Of a stretch of DNA of 64,000 nt, positions 38,001 to 53,279 are shown in pieces; the stretch's first letter is position 1; each line of letters starts with the position of its first letter. The stretch is from Lama guanicoe (Eukaryota): assembly GCA_013239625.1 (NCBI GenBank), contig MU053810.1, forward strand, positions 1 to 64,000, given 5' to 3'. A program made the position numbers and the translations under genes. Under the pieces are notes generated by a model. The model saw only the letters and a program-made list of their open reading frames with translations. It searched no databases and was not told the DNA's origin.

Positions 38001-41000
38001 AGGAGCCAGTGGCATACCCCGGGAATGCTCTGTCAGGACGTGAGGATGAGGCCAGGCTGTGTGTGGCTTGCTTCCCTGCCTTCTTCCGTTGCCCAGGCCT
38101 CCTGCCTTGGTTGGACTCTCTGCAGGCCTGCCTCTCCCTGTCAGCATGGTCACTTGCCCCAGGGGATGGGCAGCTGTAGTGGGCCCAGTACCAGGACTCC
38201 TGGCTGGCGGTGGGGCTTGCCTGGGCTAGGAGATGCTGTGCCTTGCATCCCTGAGGGCAGGTCTCATCTGGGCTGTCTTCCTGGTGATCCATCTGACTGT
38301 TAGCAAGAGACCTCAGGTTTTGAGGAAATGAAGCCAGCCCTGGGCTTTGCTCTCTGTCTCCGCCCATCCCTGGCAGACTCCTGGCACCCAGTGAGGGCTC
38401 AGGAAGTGGCAGCCCCTGTCATTGTGCTCATCACCATCTTTACTCCTCGCAACAGCTCCAAAAGCCGGGTGGGGAAGCCTCGTCTCACAGTGCGGGTGAG
38501 CAGGCGAGGAGGAGAAGGCTGCCTGGTCACACATTCAGTGGTTTGCACTGGTGGGATTCGAACCCAGGCCTGCCCACCTCCAAAGCTGAACTTCTTTCTA
38601 CATCACCCTACTTCCCTTGGCTGTGCTGTTCCCAAACCAAGCTAGTATCTGGAATTCCTCATTTTTAAAGGCACCTGGAATGGACCCAGAGTCTCCAGGT
38701 GGCTATGGGACAGGCTCCTCCCCCAGCCCTGGTGGACGGGGACTTGGCAAGAACTAGGAAGGTACCAGGGCTCCAGCTTAGTATGGCTCATGACATAGGG
38801 TTGGCAGGCCGGTCCAGCAGGGAGCTCAGGATGCCAGGCTGGAAACAAGGCAGAAACCAGCTGAACCTGTGGCCCAGGCTGGGGGACACCTGTCTGTCCA
38901 GGTTTAGAATTGGGGGTAAAGGGCCAATGAAGTCCAAGTACGCCATGCATCCTTTGAGTTGAACCTGCTGGACTGCAAGTGTGAGGACAAAAACAGAAGG
39001 ACGAAGACAAAACAAAGCCATAAGTGAAGCTGGGGGAGTGGTTGCACGGGAGGCCCTGGAGAGAAGCAGCGAGCATGGTCCGGGCTGTGGATGGCATGAG
39101 GTGATGGTCTGACGGGGGACGGCTGCTGTCGGCAGGCAGTGGGGGTGGGAGGTGGAGGCAAGAGGATGTTCCTGGCCTGGGAGGTGGTGATTGCAGCCGT
39201 GAAGCAGAGCGAGTCCATCTTGGAGGGGACGGGAGACAACTGAGGTTGAGAACCAAGTCTTGGGGGCTTGGCTGCAGGTAGGGGTGGACAGAGGGATAAG
39301 ACTGAGCAGACAGACAGACAGCCATGGGGAACGTGGGTGGGAGAGCGGGCAGCCACAGGGTGGCGGGACCCTCTCTGAGAGACGGCCAGGAGGAGGAGGG
39401 CAAGGGTGCCCAGAGCTGAAGGTCATGGTGCTGGAAGAACACTGGCTTTGGGAAGAAAGAGCTCCTTTAGGACCACAGGGGGCACCTGCCTGCTTGTCCA
39501 CATCTCCATGGTCGACATTGGGAAGTTGTGCTCTGAGGTCCTCAAAGAGTTAACTGAAGTTCGCTGTGCAGGATCAGTTAAGGCAAGAAACGCCCTGGTT
39601 CACGTTAGAAAGAGTAACAGCCTCTTGTGCTTTCTGCTCCAGCCTTGGTTCCACGGGCCACCGCGGCTCCCTTCTGCTCGCTTCAGCGAGTCCCAGTTTT
39701 TCTCCACAGTTTAGATATAATCTATGAGGCCCCGGGGCCAGGAGGGAGCGAGGGAGGCATCTGAGGACAGTGGATGGCCTGGGGTCTGATTCCACATCAT
39801 GACAGTCAAGGACTTTTCCTCCCTTGAGGTTATTACCACCTTGTGGGTTGACGTGTTAGAGCAGATGTCATCCTTGACACTACCCCTGTAAGGAGGCAGA
39901 GTCCCGTGTGGTGCGAGGTCCCGGAGGAGCTGAAGAGTTTGGTGACATGCCTGCCTTTGCCAAGGGCTCTCTAATTGCTTCCTTTATTAGTTAGGTTGTG
40001 GAGTGGCTTTTAAAGAACTTTTGAACCGTCTCCAGTTTGGATAGAGACATTGCTTCAGAGTGAAAAATAGGTTGTTGAAATAACAAAAGAATTCCTTTAA
40101 TGATCTTGTTGGCCTGTAGGAAGAATGAAGCTGGAGCTTCCAGTAAATTAGGCTCTCTGCTAAGCAGTAAATGGTGTTGTACTGAAGCAGCCTTTCAGAG
40201 GCAGAGCTGCCGTGTTGGAGGGGAGCAGGGATGCTGGGTCCACGGGCTGCCCCATCCTGGCTCCGTCACTCAAGCTCCTTGATTCTTAAGAGCATTGGAG
40301 GGAGCAGGGAGGGAAGGGCAATCCCCAAAGAACAGAAGCTTGGAGCTAGAGGTCTGCGACGTTGTGCAGGGCTGTGTACTCTGGATGGAGCATTTAAAAT
40401 TTCTGGGTCCCAGTTTCCACAGTAGAGTCTGTCTGGGTTAATAAACCCTGTCTTCTCCCAGGTGAGTTGGGAAAAGCGCAGAGAGGTAGGACGTGGGAGA
40501 GTGTTTCAGACGCAGTCAGGCACTGTACCCAGGAGAGCGCGGTGAACTCCCTCTGCTTTAAGGAAATGCGATTTGAGCGAGCTCTGTGAACGGCTACCAG
40601 CTTCCTCGCACATGTTCTGATTGGAGATGAAGGTTGCTTTTTTTTTTTTTTTAAACTGATGAAGGTGGTATGGGAATGTGGTCCCATCTACAGATGAGAG
40701 GGCCGATTCACCAATTCAGGATTGGGTGGACTCACCCACCCAGGTAGGCACTGGGGGCTCTGGAAAACCACAGCCCATGTCTGTGGGCCCCACTGATGCT
40801 CTAATATTCTTGGCTTTGATGAGACAAGGAGCTCCCTGTGGTCCATTAGCTCCCAGGAGGTTCAGGGCAGTGGATGGGACCAAGTGAGGCAGGCATGGCT
40901 TCTGTCCTCAATACACCAGTCAGAATTCAATCCCTGACCCCAGGGGGTGTGAGTGAGGGGCCCTGGAGGGGCCGCTGGAACATCCGTCTAATGCAGGGCC

Positions 41001-43327
41001 CTCTACACAGAATCTGGACAGCAGGGGAGGAGAGTCCTCCCGACTGGCAGTACCACTTAGGAGTAACTCGGTCCCCAGAACTGGCCCTGGGGGCTTTGAA
41101 TTCACTAGGGCGTACTTCCGTCACTCCAAGATGCTTCTTGTCCACATACCATGACAGATTTATTGAGACATCACCTTAGCAACAGCTGGGAAAGGCTTAC
41201 AAGGACACATGAGTTGCCTGGATGGAGGATTCGCTTTCTATTCTAGAGAATCTAACTGATGGTTGGTCACTAAAAATGAACTCTTAATTCGCTTTCACGG
41301 GACTCGGCAATTTATCTAGAGTGAATTACAGGCTTAGTCTCACTTGTGCGGGGTCTGCCTTTTCCACGTGTCATTTGACAGCGTGTAGAGTAAAGAAGAT
41401 GCCTCCTTGGGGACATCCGTCTCTGGGTTCTGTTTTGCGTGATGCCTCTTTACAGCTGAAACCCCCATGTGGCTGGCATCCAAGAGTTAATGAATCAGGA
41501 TCACAGGGGGAAAGAAGTATGCAGAATTAGCAGCAGATTACTGCCATATTTCTACACCTAGACTGTGGTGGCCAATTGCTTGATTTTACTAAGGTGGACT
41601 GTTAACAGTCAAAACCATTGGAATTTAATAAAAAATAATATATTTGCTTTTTCATGTGCCTTATGACACTTTCAGTGAACTTAACCTGTAATCTTTTTTT
41701 CTCCTACATATGACCTCAAAATCTAACAGTCTTTGAGAATAGGTGTCAAATAAATATTGAACTCTAGTTGACCAGCTTGCTAACTGGGATCTCAAGATGA
41801 GTTGTGATGTGTGTGAATGTGTATGTGTGAGAGTGATTATGAAAGTACACGTACATGTAATTTATTCAGCATTGGTGTTTGGAAGTCTTGTTCTTAGCAC
41901 TTTTTTTTTTCAGGTTTGATATGTAATATAAACTGTCCCGTCATGCCTACGTGTTCTTAGGAGATTAAGATTAGTAGTGTGATTTTTACTAGCAGTGTGG
42001 TTTTAGGTAAGTTACTTGCTCTGTTACTCTTTCTTCATCTGTTAATTTATAACTAAGGATGCATTTGGCTGCAAGTGAGAGAGAAATCTGGACTCAGCTA
42101 ATTTAAAACAAGGAGGAAACGTTATATATCACATGAGGCAAGAAAGCAAAAACTATGGCAGCTACAGTTGGGGTGCTCGGTCCCTTCTGGGGGACTCCCT
42201 TGGGTTGGCATCCTCTCTGTGGTGCTTCTGTCCTCAGGCCAGCTCTCCTCATCGACTCCAACAAGATCCAAAAGAGGGAGACATCCTCTCTTTTATTAGG
42301 AACAACAAAGAGAGATTCTCAAGCCCACGACTGGCAGACTTGCTCTCGCATGTCATTGGCCGGAAGTGTGTCCCATCCCTGCACCTAGTGGCCACCTTAC
42401 TCAGACCAGTAAGGGCCCTATTCCAGGACAGCCCCTCTGGAAGCAATGGCCGTGTGAAAAAGGGTGGAACTCTAAGAAAGCTGAGGTTTAATAGGAAGAG
42501 AGGAAGGATTCAGGCAACTGACACCATAGAGTCTCTAGGATTATTGTGAACAGTGACGGTGGAACATGTGGTTTAATGAGTGAACACGTACGAAACTTGG
42601 AACAGTGCTTAGGACCCAGGAGCCACTATGTGTGTGTCCACTTATTGTGCTGAACATAGGTACTTGATGAGTCTGAGTGCCATATCAAGAAAAAGCAGTG
42701 TTACAAATGGTATTGTTTCATTAGAGAGAAAAGAAGGGAGAGATGCTAGAGGGGAGCAGGAGAGCAAATGTCGTTGATGCTCAGAGGCAAAGAGGAGTCG
42801 AGTGAGCAGTTGGCCTATATTTGGTCATAGTCTGTGTAGTGGGAGGAGTTAGAGCAGCTTTCCAAATAAAGGGAAAATACTATTGTCCAATGTGTTAATG
42901 AATTCCAGTCCCAGTCCCGTCTTTCCCACAGCTATCTTCTTTCACTCGTTGAAAGTGGTATTTAACTGCAGAAGTATTCCTAACACAGCTGGAGGTCTCT
43001 TAACCAAATAAAAAGCTGAGATTCCATTACTTTTGATGCGGGGGGGAGAATGAAATGGAAAAATAGTGCGTCGTGTATCTATGTGTGTGAGTGTAAATCT
43101 CGATGAAAAGTACACACATATGCTTGTAAGACACCATATAAAAGCTGTAGCAATCCTAGCCAAGGGAAAGGAAGAGAAAAAAATGGGCTTCTTGAAGCTT
43201 TTAACCAGAACTAAAAATAATCTTCCTCGTTCGTGTTTGATACATTACCTAAGAAAAAATTCCCACTGCGTATCCCGAATGGTTTTAGAGTTCATTTTCA
43301 CACGATGTGACTTAAGAAGGTCCCTAG

Positions 43328-43613
43328 TAAAACAGAAGCAGACTCCCAGACACGGAAAACGAACTTAGGGTTACCAAAAGGGAAGGAGGGGGAGGGATAG
43401 ATGAGGAGTTTGGGATTAGCAGATACACACCGCTATATATAAAACAGGTAAAACAGCAAGGCCCTATTGTATAGCACGGGGAACCATATTTAATAGCTTA
43501 TCATAACCTATAATGAAAAAGAATAGAGAATATATATACGTGGAACTGAATCAGTATGCTGTACACCAGAAACTAACACAACATTGTAAATCAGCCATAC
43601 TTCGGTGAAAAAA
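43328..43613 (+). mobile_element. Truncated L1 3' end
   Basis: 'cagactcccagacacggaaaacgaacttagggttacc...gctgtacaccagaaactaacacaacattgtaaatc' plus an A tail; approximate TSD agaaggtccct / agaagacccct. Confidence 0.82.
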
Positions 43614-46600
43614 GAGAAGACCCCTGTTCTGTCTGGTGGCATTTTATGTCATTTGGGACTTAGGCTTTTGTGCTGGCCATTTGACACGGCACTTTAAGTG
43701 GAACAGGTGGCAACTATAAAAACGACTGTTCGTGTCTTGAGAAGAAAGGAAGAAAAGAGCTCTAAATGTAAAGGTGCTTTCACATTCATGCGTCAGGCTT
43801 TGTTCTTACAGCCTGAAGAGATCTGGGGGCTTTGCTGATCCTTAGGAATTTTTCTCAGATCCGAAGCAGATCGCCTTAAAGGGAGGGTGGTCATCAGACG
43901 GTAGAACCCGTCCTGTGAAATCCGGCCGCTTCAGAGACGACAGGGAGCCATTCTGGAGCTCTTACTCCGGAGTGAAAACAGCAGTTTCTGTTTTCATTCT
44001 TCTTGGCCTTTTATCAAATTGGACTTCTAATCTTCTCAGAAAGCAGCGTTCCATTATTTGTCATCCACCTCGTGAAGTCTGTTGTTTGCCAGTCTGTCTG
44101 GCTTGGCGCCGAGCATCAGCGAGTCCAGACAAGCATTTCTTCCCTTCTCAGGCCTGACATCTCCTGCCCCTCATCCCTCTCAAAGAGGGGTCAGAGGGGG
44201 TCGCCCTCTACACAACCGGAGTATTTTCTTTGAAGTTGAGGGCGCAGGTAACTATTTGGAAGCTTGGTAAGGGGGTCTTTAGTGCGAACCTGGATCTCCA
44301 AGGTTAAATGGAAACTGCTGATTTCAGCTGATTTCTTGGGGCTGGGGGAGACTTTACGTTTCCTCAGAACTATAAGCTTAAGCTCCGTAAACGTCCTAGT
44401 GCAAAGCCCTCCTTTGGAAATCAGTCTAATGGCCATCCTCAGCTGCCCTGAGCGGTGGTGGGGCACGCCTGGAGGGGGGAGCTAGGAGCCAGTCTGCAGT
44501 AGCCCCAGCGCCTTGAGGGGGAAGCGACAGAGAACACACCCTTGTTACATTCGCCAGCATCTTTTCTGGGGCTCACAGTGACCACATGACTAGGTCCTTG
44601 AACTGTCCTGGCCTTAGCGAGGATAGTTCAAGACGGATGGGAGCTTTCCCCCTCTCTGCCCTTCTCACGCTGTTTGGTTTGTGATGCTGCTGCTTTGGCT
44701 GTAAAGGAAAGCCTGGTCTTCAGCAAGGAGTCCACCCACCTGCCGTTTCCCGCTGATGCATTTTTGGGAAGGGCCGCTGAAGTGGGTGACAGTCACTTGG
44801 CACACTCTGGTGACACTAGGTTTTCAGGCCCGTGATGGGTTGACTGTTAGGACCTTCACATCACAGAAGTGGAAACTGAGACAGGGTGAGGTTAAGCCAC
44901 TTGCTGAAGCCACCAAGCCAGTGAGGGAAGAGTCTGGGTGGCAGCTTGTGTCTGGGGGATCCCAGGCCCGTGCTAATTTGCAGCAGCCCACAGGGCTGCT
45001 TTGGGGTGCTGGTGCCCTCTGCCAGCACCTTAGAGGTTGCCCATAGTGCTAAGTGGAGGTGGGGTGTATTTCTAGGCTCTCCCCTGCTGTGAGGGACTTC
45101 TGTTCGCCCTCCTGCCTACTTTTCCCCACAAGATAACACATTCTAAGACTAAGAGTCCAAACTCTAAAAGGAAGAAAGTCTGAAAGCCACCAAAAGCCCC
45201 CGTGTGTTTGTGCACAGTGCTTTATGCCCCATGGAATAGTCTGCGTCCATCACCCTGCTTGATTTGGTCAGTAGGGCTGCTTTCATTGTCAGGACAGAAG
45301 TCCGAAGCTTGGGACATGGCTGGCGGGGTTTGGGCACCAGGGTCACTCTGGGTCTGTGTTGACGCCTCCAAACCCTTGGCTTCGGGGAGGCTTGTGCAAC
45401 CTCAGCCCCTCCAGGGGCCCCCGGTCGTTTCCCACAGTCCCTGCCTCTCCCCACCGCCCCACCTTGTGTTTCCAGTCTGCATAGTTGGTCATTGCAGTGT
45501 GAGAGCTCTTGAGCCTGGCACAAAGCACTGGACGCGCACTGAGCACTGTGGCTTTGCTCTGTCTATTCCGCAGAGATCAGGGCTGGAATGTCACATTGTA
45601 AATCTCCCGTGTCTGGCAGCTGCCTGCTCTGGGCCAATGAGCAGATAAGCCATGAACGCAGGGATGGGGAATTTCCATCCTCCGAGGCAACAGGACCCAG
45701 ACACGTCTTCCCGGCTCTCAGGGATCTACCGTGCCCCAGTCTTGCTTCACGCTGGCACCTCCCCCCCGTCCTTTCCAAACACACACGCAGACCACACCGA
45801 AAAACAATGCAGTAATACTGAACTTCTGTGGAGTTGAAGGATTAAAAAACACAGATGTTCAAAAGCCTTATGTGTCTATTCTTTTCATTGCGTTTTCCCT
45901 CAAGAACAGTACAACTATGCTGAGAAAACCCTTAAGAAAGAGGACAGCATTTTAATTTTCCTAAGTCTCACCTGTAAGCATTCTGGGTGCCACGCAGTAA
46001 TAAGCACTGGGCTGGGAAGATGCCCCAGGCCTGATCTTGACCCTGGCCTTGACCCTGACCAGCCTTGAGCCAAATCACCAGCCCTCTCTGGGGCCCAGGT
46101 TTTTTGGCTGTAATCTAAGGTGTTTGGACTAAATGATTTACAAGCTGTCTTTCAGCTCTGACGTTCTCTTCTTGTCCGTAAAGATGGGTTCCCGTGGCCT
46201 GATCCCTGGCTCACCCTGACCCCTGTGTATGCAAAGTGTAGAACACTTGGAGAGTTGGTGTTTGAGTGTCTATTATGAGCCAGGTGCTGCACTGAGGGGC
46301 AGTAAAGCATATTTCTACTCATTGTAGCTTATTAAAATGTATTTGTGTGCCTTCGGCCCTCCCTCGGCTGCAGTAGTAAGGGCATTTGTAGTAGCTGTAG
46401 GACAGTCACCAGAGTCTGAGGTTTAACTTTCATTCCCACCACTGTGGGCATCTGCTGTTTCAGCCTGCCTCGCGCTTTTGGCCAGTGCACCCCGACTTCC
46501 CCGTGGCCGCCCCGTCTCCTTGAACTGATCACATCCCTGTGACATTGGCCTGGCCCAGTGGAACGCAGGCCCACTGGCCATGGTCAGTGTTGAGGAAGCG

Positions 46601-47915
46601 GACAGACACCTAAGCCAGGCCAGGGGGACTTCGGCTGGAATAACAGGGACAGAGGCTCTCCGTTCCCCCTTGGGATTGCCACTCAGAGGAAAGGACACGT
46701 GACGCTGTGGGCATCTCACCACGGTGTGGGGTGGACCTGCTGAGCATGAGGTTGGTGCTGGGGGAAGCAGGGCAGAGAAGGGCTTCCGGTGGCATGGTCA
46801 GCACACCTGGGTCCAGCTCTTCCCAAACCTGAAGCAAGGCCTGGACCAGTCGGTTACGAAGCTCAAATGGTCCTTTTTCTCTGTTGGAGTTTTGGATGCA
46901 TTTGTGTTACCTGCAGTGCTGCTCTTTGGGAACTACTGCCTTTCTGCTGCATCCCTTGGGCAGCTCTTCACCCTGTGGGATGAATCAGTGAGGATGTTTG
47001 ATTTCAAGATGGTACCCAAAGCAGCCTAAACGGTAGAGTACTTATCAGTCTCCTGTAACAAGAAGCCCAGGGCTGTGCAGGTGCAGGGTTGGCATCTCGT
47101 GTCGTCAGAGGCTCAGGCTGTCAGGGTCCTGGCGTCCGCAGCTCTCAGCACGACCTTTGAGTTGGTCCCCTCCTGGTGCGAGGTTGCCGCTGCAGAAACC
47201 ACCTCCTGTCACAGCTGCTTTATCCCAGGTGGAAATTTCTCCCCAGATTCCTTCAGGGTCTTGGATGGTTGGATTTTTTTTTTTTTTGGTTTGTTTGCTA
47301 TTTTGGTTTCATTTTGTTTTGGATCAGAGAGAAAAAATTCCACTAGCAGCCCTTGAGCAGACTTTTTTTCTGTGTTTCTGGTAAAGAAAAACAAAGCCCG
47401 ATGCTAGTTAAAGGCAGGAAAGACAGAGTCCACTCGGTGCTGTGGCAGCAGGAGAAGGAGACCTGGATGTCTGCTACAACCAGGCTTGGCTCTGACCCTG
47501 GCGGAGGGGCTGCGGGCCTTGAGGGGAGAGCCAGCAAGGGCTCAAGCCCAGACAGAGAGGTAGAAAACTGCAAAAGGCAGGCGGGTTGGTCAGAGGGATG
47601 AGGCCACCTGGCCTTGCTGACTGGTACTGACTGAAGTTAGACCCCCAGCCTCCCCCAGAGCCTGGGAGACGGGGCTTCTATCCTTCCTGATGGTTGTATT
47701 TCAGAGGAATGGCTTTCAGATCCTTGAGAAAGACACCTTGGTTGTGGGAGATACAGATACATCACAAAGGGACAAAGGAAGGCTGTGCAATTGTAAGGTG
47801 CTTTTTTTTTCTCTCCTTTTAAATAAGTGCTTTAAGAAAGGGAGGTCAGGGGCCTTATCAGGCGTTTGGCTGGAACAAACAGTAAATTCTTTTTGACAGC
47901 TTTGAGAGTTTTTTC

Positions 47916-47947
<32 letters not shown>

Positions 47948-49599
47948 CAGGAACTCAAGGGGCAGTGGGCCAACCCAGGGACATGAGCTTAGACTGCTAG
48001 AAGCCACGTTAGAGTTTGTTCAGGTCTCTTAATGGGATGCGGTGGGGAAGATCCTTGGTGCCAAAAGTCACGGTCCTTTCAGTACAAGGTTGAGGCCTTG
48101 AGCTTGGCTAAAGCTTGGTCAAGGTCTTTGTCATTTCCTTGGCCAGAATTGCATTATCGGCCCATGAGAAGCCAAGCCACCACAAGCTGCAGGCTTACGC
48201 TGTGGCAAGAGGAGTGTGACTTCCATTGTTAGTGTAGGGTCTAACTGTAGACTCCTCAAAATACATCCTCTAGAGCTGAGAAGGGCCTTTTCTCTGAGCC
48301 CGAGACCAGGAGGAAGGTGAGTAAAACAGAGTTCCCTGGGCAGGAAGAAGCAGGTAAGGAGTGGGTTGGGGTCTGCTGCTGGATCTGTGTGCTGACTCGC
48401 CAGCTGTGATGGGTAGGGGGCCCATTCATGTCCATCATCACCATATTCCTGCACCACAGAAACACTAGATGAAGGGGAATTGGTCTGAAGAGTTTAATGC
48501 TGAGCTTCTGGGACAGCTCAGTAAATCTTGAAAAGCAAAGAGTGATGCGATAAGACAGTTTTTCTTTGGGACTGTGGGGATGGTGATTTGGCAGAAGACG
48601 GTGACACAGTGGTCACAAGGCACTGCAACAAGGGTGAAGTTACTGGATCTGGGTCTTGGTTACAAACCAGGTGATCCCCAGGTTCACTTGGAACTCTTCT
48701 CCCCTCGTGCCCAGCATCCTGCCCCAGTAACTGTGGGCGGGCCTGGAAATAACAGGGCTTTGTCTCCAGAAGGTGGTGTTTTCAGACGGGACGCAGAATC
48801 CGAAGGGACGGAGTAGACTGGGTTGTGGAATTCCAATCAGCAAGTGGTAGGATTTTCTTAAGTAAAAGCCTACAGGTTGCTCAACACGTATGTCCTTGTA
48901 AAGTGAATTAAGTTGTATTTTATTTGGATTAGGAGCGCTTAGTATTTAACAGAGCCTTACGGGACTCTTGAGGGAAATGGAAGTAAACAATTTTGGTGAC
49001 TCATAACTCGATTCAGCAGAGTGAGGAGCCTGAATACCAGGCGTGTCTGAACAGTCATAGAATTATTCTAAACATTTTTAAAAGAAATGATAATTCGTCA
49101 AGAAGGTTGAGGGACAGTGTGCTGTCGTGGGTGGTTTGTGGTGACAGGATGAAGTACTCAGCTGTGAGTGACAACTGGTGGTGTCTAGGTGGGCTCGCGC
49201 ATGTGCCAAAAATGGGAGTCAGATGGCCATGGAGGTTTGCAGGGCTGCCATGGGAGTCTCACAGGTGACATGCATCGTGACTGGGTCCTGTATTTTTCAT
49301 GGATAATCGTCATTTTTGGAGTGTTGGATGCCCCATTCACTAATCTGTACCATAGAAGGAAACAGAAGATCATTCAAAATCAAAAGCATTTCAGTTGGAT
49401 GGAGTCTTTTATGGACATGACATTTGTTTGGACTTGAAATATCCAAGTTCTGGAAATACTGGCAATTTAGAGTAGGTCAAATCATGGACATTCTGAGTGA
49501 ACTACTTGTGTTGGTTTTCTGAGTGAAGGTTTGCAGACATTATTATGTAGTGTGATTTCTCCATAGTAGCCCAGAGGTCAGCGTACCTTGACCTTCAGG

Positions 49600-49895
49600 C
49601 TCCGTCTGGTCAGCTGGTCACATCCAGCATACTTTTGTATGGCTTCTGAGCTAAACATGTTTTTTAAATTTTTAAATGGTAAAAAAAAAAGTTTGCGACA
49701 CAGAATGGTATGAAATTCAAATTTCAGTGTGTAAATAAAGTTGTATTGGCTCACAGCCTTGGTTGGAGTGACATATTGCATGTGGCTGCTTCTGGTCTAC
49801 AAAGTCCTAGATGACTGGTATCCCAGGCCGTGCGGCTCACAAAGCTAAAAAAGCCTATTAACTGGCCCTTTACCAAAAAAGATCGCCGACCCCTG
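49600..49895. mobile_element. MER58-like hAT element
   Basis: 'tgaaattcaaatttcagtgtgtaaataaagttgtattggctcacagcc...ctggccctttaccaaaaaagatcgccgacccctg'. Confidence 0.7.
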
Positions 49896-51674
49896 CCTGC
49901 ACCGGACCTTTTAGATGACTTCCGTTATTTTTCCTTCCTGCATCAGAGGTCCTTACTCAGGGTCAGACCTTGAGCGTTCCCTTGGCTGAGTGTCCACGAG
50001 CCCCCTGGGCTCCTCCGAAGTCTCAGTTCCACAGGGCTGAAACCTGCCCCCCTTTAAGCCTGTGGTCCTTCAGCAAGTGAGGACTCAGGGGACAGTGGTC
50101 CCTGCCTGCGTTCATGAAGTTGGTGTCAAGAGTCACCGACCAATGACTTATCCACGGTCTACCTGTGAAAATCCGGTCAGCCATTGACTTCTAGTTCCCA
50201 TTCGCTTTAGGATGTATCAGTATTTCCTTTGCATGTGTCTATTTTAATGTTTTAAATTCCCTCAGTAGTCCCCACACAGATAATTTTGGGGGATAAGGTA
50301 AGATGGACCAAGGGTGGGCACAAGGTGTCCAGAAGGACTGACTGGATTACTCATTCATTCCTTTGTTCATTCATTAATTCATTTATACCTCCAATAAGCA
50401 CTTAAAAAGAGCCACTGTAGCCCTCAGGGAGCTCAGAGTCAGCGGGGGAGTCCAAGACATAACCCGATAAATTGCATCAGGATATTAGAAAAATAGCAGT
50501 TACACTGGACTTGCACACAGTACAGAGGCAGCATGAATGAGAACTGGGTTCACTCTGCAGAGGCTGGGGTCAAGGGCACTGATCAGGGAGGGGTTTGAGG
50601 AGGTCCTGCCTGACCTGGGACTTGAGGAGGGTGAGACCGTTGGGCTGAGCTCTCAGAGAAGACTGGTATTTCAGGCATGTGCGTGTGCAGTGGCGCCAAA
50701 TCATAAACCAGCCCCACGTGCTGGAGAATTTCAATTAGTTCATTACTGCAAAAGAAGTAATTTCAAGACAAGTTGAAAGGGAAGAAGAAGGTGTGGCTAG
50801 AAAAGGTGGGGGTGAAGGTCGACCAGGTTAGTGTTCAGTCTAAGTGATGTCATCGGAACATCTCAAGCTGCAGTTACATAACCTTGGTTCTAACTCAGCT
50901 GGTCCTCTGAGTCTTCCTCAGTGTATTTATTGAACCTCAGTGAGATGTGGTTTCTTTGTAGGGGAAGGTAAATGTCCATGTCGGTCCATCATTGCTTTTG
51001 TGTTTAGGGATTGTCCTAAGTCATTCCTGCATTGAGTTATTCATTCAACTAATGTTTATTGAGGGCCTGCTTGGTGCTGGGGACTGTGTCTGGAGGTGAG
51101 GATAGAGCAGTGAGCTAAATAAAACCCTTGCCTCCTGGAGCTCCCGTGCTTACTGGCTCCCACTAGTGGTTTGGCTACAGAGAAGATTTGGGGAGAACCA
51201 CACAAGCTTGCTTTTCAGTCCTGCCTGATTTTGGCACAGCCATTGTGGCCATGTTCTCGGTGTGGCCAGCAGAAGTCATTTTCTATTTCATACCTGCATC
51301 CCTTACCCATAAAAAGGGGCTGCTCGTGGCCATTGTTGATCACTCCCGTAGAATGATGATCAGACATTGTGTTGAAGAGAGTGGAAGGCGAGCGCACGTG
51401 AGACATAAAAAGAGGCCTTCCCACGAGAACATAGACTGGACCCACCATTTATTCAGGCGGTGGCACCCATGCGTTTTTGCCTGGGGCTCCCACACACGAG
51501 AACACTATAGAACCAGAACGGAAGTTTTGCAAAGTGATGGAAGTGATGATGCTTAGTGTTTTGCCCTGCCTTGTTTACACGAGCTGGTGGAGACCCGCTA
51601 AACTGATCTCATGACTTCCTGTGACTGGGTCATGGCCCCCAGGCTAAGAATCACTGCGTTAAGGTGAACATTCC

Positions 51675-51800
51675 TTTTTTTTTAAATTCATATTTTTTTT
51701 AATTAAAGTGTAGTTGACTTACAATGTTAGTTTCAGGTGTACAGCAGACATTCAGTTATACGTACACATACGTTGATATGTGTTTTTTTCAGATTCTTTC
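51675..51800 (-). mobile_element. Short L1 3' end
   Basis: T-rich tail then 'gtgtagttgactttacaatgttagtttcaggtgtacagc...attcagttatac'. Confidence 0.75.
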
Positions 51801-53279
51801 CCTCCTGGCTGACGCAGGGCTTTAAACTTCACTTCTCTCTGTTGAAGGATTGTTTCAGCTCCTCCTTGGCCTTTTATAAGCCAAGCCACTGTGCACACAC
51901 GGAGCCACAGACCACTTAGTCTTTGTATTACCGAGAAGGCCCGGTCACGCATGTCCCACGTGTACTCGGCCCCTCGCGAGGTGCCACCTGGGCTGCCCTG
52001 TCATAATTACTCCTGTTGGGCATTGGATGGAGTCAGACGCTTCCTTACAGAGGGGCTTGCTGTCAGCTCTGAAGAAGGGACTTGACACCTTCCCCGGAGG
52101 CGACTACAGGTCTGAGCTTGTGCGGTTGGCCCTGTTTGGCTGCATGGGTTCTTCTGAGGGTTTCGGATGCTGGGCAAGGAGGCGGGAAATTGAGAAATAT
52201 TTGTCTTCGCTGTTCCAATGGATTGCAGGAGATTTAGCCAGAAAATCAGGAAGCAGGGGGGTGGGGTGGGGGAAACGACCATCAAATGCACGTTTTTCTG
52301 GGGTTCACCACCCCAGTGTGTGAAAAGCATTTCATGTGGTTTGTTTTAATAGAGAACAGTTCACCTCGTCCTGCTGTTTGTTTCTGAGCTGATTTCGGGC
52401 ACGGTGGCTGGAACCTGAAAGGGTGATGGATGAATTCCTTCCTTTAGAGTCTTGCTTAGCATTCCAGCAGAGCAATGTCCCTTCCGCCCCCACCCCAAGT
52501 GGAACAACCCCGTGGGCAGAGCAACCTAGGGATGACTCAGGCTGATTCTCTGTCTTTAAAATATGCACCACTTTCTGGTTTCTGGGGGGTACTTTGGGAG
52601 AGCTTCCTATTAGCTTGAACTCTCAGACTTGAGGTCTTACTGATCATATTTAGTTCATTCATTCAGTTGGTGTTTTTGACCTCTGACCTGTCAGGGCGCC
52701 CTTGTGTTAATCAGTACACAGGTGGGAGCTTACAGAAAACTGGATGAAGAAGGGGCCAGCAGCTTTCAGGAGGAGATGGGGCTGGATCTGTACCTTAAAG
52801 GGAACAGTGGATGCAGGAAGAGTGCTGCCCTGGAGAGGAGACGGCCAGGGGCGTGCAGTGGGTGAAGGCCCGGGGCGGTGGTGGGGAGGATGGCAGTAGC
52901 TGGAAGAGAGTACAGGTGTGTGCATCTGAAGCATGCTCAGAAACAGGTACGGTGCGATTCCCAGTCCACTATCCCTGCCATTTTGATGGGCCTGCACAAT
53001 CACCAGATGTACACAACCTCAGCCTAACGCCCGCACCCAGCTCCCTGACGATGTGCACTTGTAGTGATCCGCATGCAGACAATTCCATGGTTACACTTCC
53101 CTCTGGACAGAAAACCCAGATAGGTTGGTATTTTCCAACAATCTGCTGTGATCACCTCAAAGAGTCCAGCCAGGCTGTTACTTCGAGCTCATCAGAACCA
53201 TGAGTCTGTTATTACAGCTTCTCTCCCAGTGAGCAGGTCAATCAGTGCTGTCGTGTTGGGTAAACTGGCATGTGTTCCA

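Noticed and set aside
37792..39553. ORFs of 150-266 aa in CCDC3 intron 2
   Set aside because: Overlapping frames on both strands, no recognisable domain; the region looks like GC-rich degenerate repeat sequence.
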